A DNA stretch of 57,837 nucleotides, filler included, from Asterionella formosa (lineage: Eukaryota): the NCBI GenBank assembly GCA_002256025.1. It is 4 parts of 4 records of this genome, joined end to end, with 100 filler letters (N's around TTAATTAATTAA, not from the genome) between each part and the next. Parts side by side here need not be neighbours in the genome. Positions count along the whole stretch, not along the records: positions 28,999 to 43,368 come from NKIB01006017.1; positions 43,469 to 57,837 come from NKIB01006018.1; 2 more parts are not named here. One strand, written 5' to 3'. The position numbers were made by a program, and so were the translations under genes. Of this stretch, positions 36,800 to 47,130 are shown piece by piece. Each line of letters starts with the position of its first letter. Positions within the stretch are counted from its first letter, which is position 1. The notes beneath the pieces are model-generated. The model was given only the letters and a program-made list of their open reading frames with translations, made no database searches and was not told where the DNA came from.

Positions 36800-37446
36800 T
36801 TAGTACCTACCGTTACCGGTATATCCTGGTAAATATATATGAAACATGCATGCATGCATGTGGTGATGTATTGGGAGCATAAATGATATCATGTCGTTTG
36901 CTTTGAACAAAGCATGTGGTCCCCGACTTGTCATTCTCCTCTCGTCGACTACGGTACCAGGTACCAAATATAGCTATAGGTATGTTAGGATGCATGACGA
37001 TACCATTACCGGTACCAGGCACTCTGTACTACCACCATAACACCATCTTTTAGGCATCCCATAAAACTGTCTTTGTCGTAGAATTTGGACGGATACTAAA
37101 TACTAGTAGCAGCAGTACTGTGTTAATCTATCGGTAGTTACATTGTTAGTAGAAGTACAGTGCCAGGTACCTGATACCGGTAGCTGTAATAGGTAAATAG
37201 TTACCAGGTCCCTGAGAGAGGTCCAATCAGGTACCTGGTACCAGGAACCAGGAATTAACTACCGGTACATACTGTACCTCAGAATCCCATACAAAATACA
37301 AATACCGGTACACCAGTACATACTGTATTATTACTAACAGGTACCGGTAATTGATATGATCCTTCCCTCCTCTCACACATTTTATTCGTTCCTTCGTGTC
37401 CTTTTCTCATATCGCATTCTTTCGCCTCAATCATTTTCATTTTATC

Positions 37447-38884
37447 ATGTTTTTTGGTGGAGGCGATCCTTTCGAACACTTTCATAATGGTGGTGGTGGT
37501 GGTGGTGCTGGTGGTAGTGCTCGACGCAGTGGAAGCGCTCCTCCAGATACCACTAAACTTTATCAAGTCTTGGGGGTACGTTGGTTGGTTTGGATGGTGG
37601 TCCTTGTTTCGTGATTTATACTATACTATATACATATATATATACATGATTATATAACATATTATATATAATTACATACATACATATATATATACGTATA
37701 TTCTCACTCACTCCCTTACTTCTCCATGCCATTAGATCCCAAAGACTGCCACTGCCAAGGAAATCAAGACAGCCTATCGCAAATTAGCTGTCTTGCATCA
37801 TCCTGATAAAGGTGGAGATGATCATGTTATTCAAGAAATTAATGGTGCCTATGAAATCCTTTCGGATGTTGACAGTCGGGCCAAGTATGATCAATATGGC
37901 CTTGAGGGACTTTCAGAAAATGGTGGCAATAACAACAACAATGCCAATGATGATTTGTTTCGCATGTTTTTTGGTGGCAGGGGGGGTCGGGCAAATAGTA
38001 GTACTGCTGCAAGACGCAAAGGACCAGATGTCAATCATCCACTCTCTGTCTCTTTGGAAGACTTGTATAATGGCAAAACTGTTCAACTTGCCATTCATAG
38101 ACAAGTACTAGTACAAGATCCACCTCCCAAATTATGTACTACATGTGATGGACAAGGTGTTGTGGTGGAATTGAGACAGATTGCTCTGGGAATGGTGCAA
38201 CAATTGCAAAGGAATTGTAGTGATTGTCGTGGAGAGGGATATGTATGTCAGCGAATTAAGGAACGAAAAGTGCTGCAAGTTCACATTGACAAGGGGATGA
38301 GACACAATCAAAAGATTTCCTTCCGAAACATGGCAGATGAGTCACCAAATATGGAAGCAGGGACAATTCATTTTGTTGTGCAAGAAAAGGAACATGAGGT
38401 CTTTAAACGAAAGGCAGCAGATTTATTAATTACCAAAACATGTTCACTCAATGAAGCACTATGTGGATTTGAATGGAAATTGACACATTTGGACAAGCGA
38501 CAAGTTATTATTCAATCCAGACCTGGGGAAATCATTCATGCAGAAGATACAGGTGGGAAGCCATTTGTCAAGATTATCAAGAATGAAGGAATGCCATCCT
38601 TGGGAAATCCATTCATCAAGGGAGATTTGTACGTTTTGTTTACTGTGGAATTCCCAAAAGATGGAGAACTCAATGATGCTACAATACAGATTTTGAAAAA
38701 GACACTTCCCAATCCAGCCATGGAAGTAGACTATGACAAGGAAACAGCAGAAATTTGTCATTTGGAGTTGGGAAATGTTAAGAACTTTGGTAAGGGGGGT
38801 TCGACACTGAATGATTCAGCATATGATTCTGATGGAGAAGATGCTGGTGCAGGACAGCAACCTGTACAATGTCAACAATCTTAA
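37447..38884 (+). CDS. Type I-like cytosolic DnaJ/Hsp40 (YDJ1/DNAJA-like); exons 37447-37575 and 37736-38884
   Basis: J domain with HPDK, G/F region, CxxCxGxG motifs, C-terminal domain and CaaX box CQQS. Phase-0 intron 37576-37735. Confidence 0.95.
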
Positions 38885-39129
38885 ATAAGTTATTAGTTGC
38901 GATTGTTATAGGTGTGCCATCATATCAGTGTGCACTCAATAGGATATTAACAATAACAATAAGCATGCAACTAACTAACTGTGAGATTGAATTGCAGACT
39001 CAAATTATTCGACTGCTAATAGTACTGGTACATTAAAAAATTATTAATTAAGTAAATTTTATAGTACGCTATTTTTAGAGAACTTGACAATTGTGGAGGT
39101 TGTGAAGTTGTATTTGGCCCCCCAGAGAT

Positions 39130-40658
39130 CCTTAGACACGAAGGACTAAACAAACAAAGCAGGTGGAGAATGCGGGAATCAAACAGACTTGCTCAGCATG
39201 ATTCAAGGGAAAGCTAGCATCGAAATCCACCATGGCATCTTCTTCCAAAGCATTAACCAACTCATACTTTGAGTAATAATCTTTGAGAACTTTGTCTGCT
39301 TCACTAGAAAACAAATCAAAGTCATTGTCATCTGCAGTATCATCACTAATGTTGAGTAGTGGCTGGGAACAATTTTGGACAGTTTGAGGTGAGACACATG
39401 GTGTCCTGGATTCTTTTGCCATGCATTCTTGATTAAGGGCATATACGAAATTTGTCCATTCCACGTTTTCTTCACTACAAGCAGCTACGTAGCCAAAAGG
39501 AGTAAAGACAAGAGTATTTTCAGTTGCTTCTTCTTTCGTAGTGGCAGTATGGGCTAGATTACTAGCCAGCCACAGCTGCAGTACCTTGAGTACTAGTACA
39601 AGTCTGCCCTACGGTTGTCAGGATTTAACAAGTAGGTTCTGGTCCGCTTTTTTGTTTGTGCGTAGCCTCGCAAATCTTTTTTCCCAAAAAGTGAATTTGC
39701 AAGCTGCAGTCCCAATGTGATGGGCGAACGCATTTTACCCAACTGATCAATGAGCTCCACAATGTAAGTTTCCACTTCAAGCATAGGTGAGATGTGAGCT
39801 GTGTTTCATAGTAGTAATGGAAGAATGATGATGATTTTTCTGCTATAGCTGTAATTTTCTACACCTTCCATTGTCAGCATAGATATTTCGCTTTCTCGTG
39901 ATTCTTCATGCACATCCTCCTCAGGCTGTTTGTCTGTGCTGGTAGCTACTGGTGCCACCAGATAACCAGATTTTCCTTAGAAAGTATTTCACTTTCTGTG
40001 TAGTCACCTATGGGACAAGTTCTTGTACATCATGCACAGAACGAGAATTGCGCCATATGGTAGTTTTCCATTATTGTTCAGTTTCAACACTTCCATATTT
40101 GTAGAATTGTTCAATAGGCGATGTTCAATCATCCTGGCTTTGTTTGTGCTCCTAATAGACTGAGCCGCCTTGCCCGAAGGCACAGTCGATTCCTTTTTTG
40201 CCATAGTTTGGATGCAAATTATGAGCTAAAAATCGTATACTGGTATGTACACATTTCTTTTCAAGTGCATGGGTGATAGGGCGCTCAAGTTACTTAGGCA
40301 CTATCAAGTGACAGGGATAAGGATATGACAGGAATCATACAACAAATAAATCGAAGGCGATATTTTTGTATAGTGCTGCGTATTTCATATAACAATGAAT
40401 CCTCAAAACATGGGGTAATCCGTGTACTGGCAATATTTTCGTCGATCGCACTTTTCAACCAATATTTTCAGGAGAAACCAATTGCCATAAACTTATTTCA
40501 AATGGCATAGACTTAAAGCTTACATGCTCAAGATTGGGATCGAAGTTTTAAAATTAAAAAATCTGCATTTTGAGGGTCAAACCGTGTTTTTCTCCTCTTC
40601 AGTGGGTCATAGCGGTTCCAAATTCTTTGTAGTGGGTCACAGCAGTTTTTTACTGGTA
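39130..40658 (-). mobile_element. Decayed Tc1/mariner-pogo-like DNA transposon with surviving 5' TIR (40601-40656) and TA flank
   Basis: Fragment MLEVETYIVELIDQLGKMRSPITLGLQLANSL resembles a CENP-B-type HTH of DDE transposases. The end reads TA|CCAGTAAAAAACTGCTGTGACCCACT on the minus strand, with a subterminal direct repeat (40601 vs 40631). Confidence 0.6.
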
Positions 40659-40959
40659 GTCGTGTGCGTAATGTAAAAGGGTACATCTTTCACTTATTGT
40701 TGACGTGGAATACATGCACATTGTTTATTGTGTAAATCTCTACCGGTACAGTGAGAGTAAACAAGTATATGGTCTGTATAGAGGAGCCTATAAGGTTCAC
40801 ATTATATAGGACTTATACCATCTAATGATATACCGGTAGTATATCTAGCCTGGTACATACTGTGCCATAGATCAAAGTCTGGTCAGTGTGTGTGGCAGTG
40901 CTATGTGTAGTAGTCCAGCAACCTTCACTACCACAACACTTGGAGCACCAGTATCAGGC

Positions 40960-41281
40960 AGGTCTTACCATCCTTATGCGCTTGTATCAACTTTTTCAGC
41001 AACTTTCTTGTGCTTTCTCAGATCAGTAGGCCTAGTGGTAGGTTTTTCAGGACAATTAGGCTTTATATGCCCCCTTTTGCCACATTGATAGCAAGTGACC
41101 TCAGTGAAATCCTTGTTGTCCAATCTGCCCTTGGTACTATTCTTGCATAGCAGGAGGGCTAGTTCCTCTGCAAATGCCTCATCTTGGGGACTGTCTTGAT
41201 AGGTGGCCAGCGGTCATAGTCGACTAGGCGCTTGTAGCTGGTCATATTCTCCAACATTTCCAATCAACAGGGTATCCAGCA
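40960..41281 (-). mobile_element. LTR-retrotransposon gag fragment with CCHC zinc knuckle
   Basis: Minus strand ~41120-41040 encodes DNKDFTEVTCYQCGKKGHIKPNCPEKP (CX2CX4HX4C) in a broken frame. Confidence 0.7.
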
Positions 41282-41730
41282 TCATTGGAACACTAAAGCT
41301 TTGGTTTCATTGATCCATTGCGATGTAACACCAGTACCATAAGTTTCTGATTTTAAAAACATAGGGGGAGAGGAAGAGAATTGTGCAAGTAACAAGGGCA
41401 AACCACATAAGAATCTTCCCATAAACATGTCTCCACCTTGCTCATACTGGACATAAATGTCCTTGACTCTGCCCATTGACCACCCACCAGATACACTGAT
41501 AGAACGCACCTGATGAAGGTCCCCCTTGGCAGGCACTAATATAAGTTGCAGCCCCCTTCTTCCTATACTGTGCATGACGATGTTGTTTGATTCAATCCCT
41601 AATTCAAATAGCTGTCCTTCCTTAATTTGGAGAAGCTGCTTTAAAATAGATGAAAATCTCTTAAATTGATTGTGACCACCAGGGAATAAGCGACTATTTG
41701 CTTCAAACATGGAAATTGAAAACACATACT
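41282..41730 (-). mobile_element. Crypton-type tyrosine recombinase relic (CryptonS-like)
   Basis: With frameshifts: HSI-RKGAATY...GGWSMGRVKDIYVQYEQGGDMFMGRFLCGLP...FSSSPPMF. This matches the HxxR / W / Y catalytic region of Crypton tyrosine recombinases. Confidence 0.75.
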
Positions 41731-41817
41731 AAGTTACTGCAGATTCAGGTGTACCAGGAGCCTACAGCAGGTAAGGCTACGTAGCGCTTTGGTTGAACGT
41801 TGCCTCCCCCCCCCACC

Positions 41818-42855
41818 ATGGTGGTGGATACCCCCATCCCTCAGGAAACGACGATAATGGAAATCACTTTGAATGTTGCTGCTGCAGAATCCTTTAGGGA
41901 AGCATCGAACACAAGCGGAATGGCGACAAACAATCATGAAAATCTTGATTTCGAAGCAGAATACTTGCTGCTCATGAATGAACCTTCATATGAAACCAAC
42001 TACAAGAATGCAGTCGCAACGATTCTCACAAACAACACAACAGCGCCATATAAACCGACTAAGGACACATTGCACAACTCAAGGCAATCCAAGGTAGCGG
42101 GCAGTAGCATTAAAAACAACAACAATCGAAATCACAGAATTTCCAGTAAATGGAATAGGAAAAACTATGAGAAACATGGAGCAGGAAGTATTCTAAAGTC
42201 ACCAGTGCTATTTGAACAGCATAACGACGCAATGAATGAATCAAGACAATCCAAGGCAGCGGACGTGAGCACCTGTAACAATGACAATCAGAATAACAAC
42301 ATCTACAATGAATGGAATATAATAACCGATTTGGCAGTGAACATTAAATTCAACAACAATGATTATCAGAAAAACAAAAACTACAATGAATGGAATACAA
42401 AAACCAACGTGGCAGCTGACATTAACATCAACAACAATAATCGGAACAACAGCATCTACAATGAATGGAATACCACACACAACATGGCAGCAGACATTAA
42501 CATCAACAACAATAATCAGAACGACAGCATCTACAATGAATGGAATACCACAAATGTCATGGCAGCAGACATTAACATCAACAACAACAAAAAGGAGAAC
42601 CACAGCAGTGACAAAGAATGGATTACAAAATCGTCCGCAAATGATAATTTAATACAGACAGCACAGCAGTCATCAGCACCAATTGACTCAATTGACCACA
42701 CAATGAAAAACTCAAGACAACCCAAGGCAGTGGGAAATTGCATCAACAACGAAGACAATCGAAGTCACAAACACAATCCATCATTGAAGGGACATGCTCC
42801 ACAAATAGAATGGTTGGAGGAACATCATCCTTGGGCCCATCATTGGCCCCCCTAA
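41818..42855 (+). CDS. Asn-rich ORF with 20-aa tandem repeats; function unknown, possibly transposon-derived
   Basis: About 345 codons open from the ATG at 41818. Five to six degenerate 60-bp units encode (I)YNEWNTTxNMAADINIxNNNx; SRQxK(A/V) recurs three times. Confidence 0.45.
   Translation: MVVDTPIPQETTIMEITLNVAAAESFREASNTSGMATNNHENLDFEAEYLLLMNEPSYETNYKNAVATILTNNTTAPYKPTKDTLHNSRQSKVAGSSIKNNNNRNHRISSKWNRKNYEKHGAGSILKSPVLFEQHNDAMNESRQSKAADVSTCNNDNQNNNIYNEWNIITDLAVNIKFNNNDYQKNKNYNEWNTKTNVAADININNNNRNNSIYNEWNTTHNMAADININNNNQNDSIYNEWNTTNVMAADININNNKKENHSSDKEWITKSSANDNLIQTAQQSSAPIDSIDHTMKNSRQPKAVGNCINNEDNRSHKHNPSLKGHAPQIEWLEEHHPWAHHWPP
42258..42625 (+). repeat. 60-bp tandem minisatellite (~6 degenerate copies)
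   Basis: CTACAATGAATGGAATA recurs with ~60-bp period (42381, 42455, 42531 region) together with GGCAGCxGACATTAACATCAACAACAA. Confidence 0.85.
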
Positions 42856-43368
42856 TACTTATCATATTCCCCCGTGTATATCCAGGCACAAGTGCGATTA
42901 TTAGTTTTGTTTTAACGTACTTTAAAATTTGATTTACCTAACAATATCACACTTGCACTGACAAAAAACGCACATGTTCGCTCAATCAGGATTCCATTTA
43001 AAAGATTAGCCTTTGGTAGGAAGCTACTACCGTAAATCCTGTGCTCCGGTCTTCCACCACGCTCCTGTCTCCTCAGTGTACATCTGGTGCTACATTCTTT
43101 TGTACATACAAAACACTGAAGTGAAGTCGTTATGTTCGGCTGGAGCACCTCATTTGCATGTTTTCAACTATGGAGAAGAGCATGGGTATGACGTTTTGAT
43201 CAACAGAAGTTGGCAATGCCAAAATCGCCATCATCCAGTCGTCTAAGTAAATCTAGTCGTGGCTGTGTACATTTGGGGAGACCGAAGCACGGGATTTACG
43301 GTACAAGCTATTACTAGATATTTACCGGACAATCGTCCTCTAGAACGCCGTGAAGGTGATCGTCACTA

Positions 43369-43468
43369 NNNNNNNNNNNNNNNNNNNNNNNNNNNNNNNN
43401 NNNNNNNNNNNNTTAATTAATTAANNNNNNNNNNNNNNNNNNNNNNNNNNNNNNNNNNNNNNNNNNNN
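43369..43468. other. Artificial scaffold spacer
   Basis: N44-TTAATTAATTAA-N44. Confidence 0.97.
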
Positions 43469-44843
43469 TGGAGCCAACAATGGATGAGCGTCTTGATGTT
43501 GCTAGGAATGCAGCACAACAAGGAAGTGCTAAGACTGCAGGAGAAGCATCTGAAGAGGATGACTCAATGGCATCGTCGTTTGCTACAAGCACCAGTGTAC
43601 AGACGGGAAAAAATAAAGCACACGAAGGTGCTGCAATGCAATATGGGAATCTCGTATCTTGAACATCGAGATTCCATAAAATTTCGGAAGATAAGCTCCA
43701 TTTCACAAATTTTGTGCACAATTCCCGGTGCTTAACTTCCGGTATTTACGGTAGTCACACACCCTTTTGACCCAATACTAAGTGCAATATGTTGGCCAGT
43801 GCTTGATGCCATTTATTTTCATACATGACATGGTTTTGAATAAGGTTTTAAGCTCTAAATTTGGCAGATTAAAAAAATGTTTGGCTTTCAATCTCCCAAG
43901 AGTATCTGCCATCTGGAAAGGGTTGGATTAATGTTTGAATAATTTCTGGTTTAGCTAGAACACAGTTGAGTCCTTGTATCAATATGAAATCATGAAAATG
44001 AATTCTGAACAATCAAGGTGGTATCTTGAAACAACTACTATAATGAAGGTCCACAAGGAAATGGTTTGATTTCTTTGGAAAAGAAGTCAGAAGGTTTAAA
44101 GAAACAATTTACATATGGAGTCAGTTTACAATTCATCTACCTTATCAATAGTTGAGTTTTGAGATTCATGCATGTGCAGAAGGGCAATATTAGTTATTCA
44201 AATTTTCTACTGCTAACCCAATTGTACTTAATTTAAACAAGGATGAATTGTATTTTCTGCTATTTTGTCAAAAAAAATCTCCAATTGGCAGGTGTTCATG
44301 GTGGCGCACACTCACCAAAAACTCCATAACCATCGGATGTACCTATCTGTCAAATCGCAAAATTGGTTAATAAAGCCTATCAAGGTTATGTGATTGGCTG
44401 CTCACTTGTAGTTGAATTTTGATGATCCATTCCTGAATAGTATCTGCACCTAGCTAGGAAAATTTAATTCATCTCCATTGCTTGTAGTAGTACTGGACTC
44501 ATGTGTTCAATAGCCTCACTGGTTAAAAGAAAGTGGTGCATTGGTGGTTAGTTACTCCCTCTTGTAGAAGTGTAAAGCAATGTTGCGCTGATGTTGATCT
44601 CACTTAAACTGGTGCTTTGCTATGTGTCCTCACTTTGTTACTAAGCTGATGCTCACCTATGAATGATGCCAGATGGTGAATGAATCGAATGAATCATTTA
44701 GCGACTGATCCAGTACCGGTACCATTCTTGACGTCATCACATCCAGTGCTCATTGTGCACAACGAAAGCTGTGCGTCGCCGACAAAACGCAACAACTCAA
44801 CGATTCAAGCAAAGCAAATCAAACAAAGCAACAGCGACGGACC

Positions 44844-46766
44844 ATGGCTCTTCGTGTTGTCGCTAGTAAGGCAAGTGATTCATTTGACCGATTCCTTCTG
44901 ATATTACTGGAATAGATGGGATCGATATTTGTGGCAACGATCGACTGCAACGACGCCGTTGGATTTTTGACGGGCCCAGTACGGACCACCGAGTAGACAC
45001 GAGTACATAGATGTACGAGAGTGAACTATGGCGGTAAACCGGTGCAAATCATGGTCCTTGCAATCACTTTTCTAACCTTGCCTCCTACATTCATCAAATA
45101 ACTAACTAACTTAACCAACTAACTAACATAACCGAACGAACAAACAAACAAACTCAACTAATGGAACATGACAGCTGAATACAGCGAGGACAACAACCCT
45201 TCGCTCGTTCGCCACTACTTCTGCCGTCCAAAGCTTCCCAGACTATGTGCTTCGAGCTCCGACTACTGATGTCACCACCATGGACTCTGGGTTGAGAGTT
45301 GCCAGCGAAACTGTCATGGGAAGTGAAACCGCAACGGTGGGAGTTTGGATCGATGCTGGATCGCGTTACGAAACAGCCACTAACAATGGAACGGCTCACT
45401 TTTTAGAGCACATGGCCTTCAAGGGAACGACCAAGCGCACGCAGCGACAGTTGGAAGTAGAGATTGAAAACATGGGTGGGCACTTGTAAGTGTGAAGAGG
45501 TCCATATTTTCGTTGGCCTTGCGTTGAGATGCCAACTAACGTTCAATTAATATATTACCAGGAACGCCTACACTTCTCGCGAACAAACTGTTTACTTTGC
45601 CAAGGTCTTCAAAAGTGATGTTGGCAAGGCCGTCGAGATTCTCTCTGATATTCTTCTCCACTCCAAATTGGATCCGAGTGCCATCGAACGAGAGAGAGAT
45701 GTTATTCTGAGAGAAATGTCAGAAGTAAACAAACTACACGAAGAACTCGTCTTGGACCACTTGCATGCCACTGCCTTTCAAGGCACCGGATTGGGACGTA
45801 CCATTTTGGGACCAGAAGAGAATATCCGTTCCTTGTCGAAGGACGATTTGATGGAATATATCTCGACGCATTACACTGCTCCTCGAATGGTCATTGCTGG
45901 GGCAGGGGCCATTAATCATGACGAACTTTGTGGGTTGGCAGCGACTCATTTTGGAAATCTGCCAACGACTCCAAAAGGAGCGGTGGAAGTGGCCATGGAT
46001 CCTGCGGTTTTTACTGGAAGTGATGTTCGGTAAGTAAAACGAGTGCTTCGGTTAGTTGCTTGTGCAGTAACTGCATCACAATCCCTGCAAAATATAGTTG
46101 TGTTGTGTAATAGGCCCTTATCCTTCTGCTTCTTTGCCCACCAATGATAGAATTCGATTCGATTCAGACGAAACTGCCCACTTTGCAATTGCCTTCCAGG
46201 GTGCTTCTTGGACTTCGGAATACAGTTTTCCTCTCATGTTGATGCAGGCCATGCTCGGTAGCTACGACCGAACATCTGGACTAGGCAGGAATTCTGCCTC
46301 CAGACTTGCTCAAGAAATTGCCATTGACGAATTAGCCCACTCTGTTTCGGCCTTTAACACGTCCTACAAAGACACTGGACTATTTGGTGTGTACGCTGTC
46401 GCTCCAGACATCAAGCTTGACGACTTGATGTGGTACATCATGAACAACCTTGTTCGGTTGGTGCATGCTCCATCAGACGAAGAAGTTGAACGCGCCAAGG
46501 TCAGCCTCAAAGCCACCATGCTCATGTCTTTGGACGGAAATGCTAATGTTTGCGAGGATATCGGTCGGCAGCTTCTGACGTATGGACGGCGCATGACGAC
46601 GGCAGAGATCTTTTCGCGCATCGATGCCGTCACGACGGATGACATCAAGGCGACAGCTGCAAAATTCATTAATGACAATGATCATGCTCTTGCGGCTGTG
46701 GGTGGAATCCATGAACTTCCTGATTACAACTGGATTCGCCGCCACAGTTACTGGCTCCGTTACTAA
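44844..46766 (+). CDS. PMPCB: Mitochondrial processing peptidase beta subunit / complex III core protein; exons 44844-44870, 45175-45485, 45562-46029, 46151-46766
   Basis: Presequence [21 protein letters not shown], inverted zincin [22 protein letters not shown] and [12 protein letters not shown]. Three introns restore one frame. Confidence 0.95.
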
Positions 46767-47130
46767 GATTATGTTGTTTTCGTGGTTCTGGTTGATTCAA
46801 CAACGAGATACACCTTTTATTATAACGCATTTTAGCAAAGGCTGTTCCACTCACTGTTATTTTGAATCTTACATGGTAACAGTATCTAACTTCTACAAGA
46901 TAGGGGACTATTGTGACAGTGTCAAATATATTAGCAATGGCGTGGCTCACACAAAGCTTCCTTAGTTAAGAAATAAACTTTCTGGTCAACGTTAATAAAC
47001 GTGTGTTTGAACCCAGACTAACAAAATGAATAAAGTGTATTTATTGCAACACGGCAAAGAACCGTCCCATAGATGTAAAATTGAACATTCTTAAACTTTC
47101 TCTCAAGACCTCAAAGCAGCTATTATTTGT

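Noticed and set aside
42258..42625. CRISPR-like array
   Set aside because: Units are degenerate over their whole length with no unique spacers, there are no cas genes, and the context is eukaryotic.
43730..44690. Gene or identifiable transposon
   Set aside because: AT-rich with no ORF or motif I can assign. Possibly a decayed element, as is 49600-50800, but unsupported.
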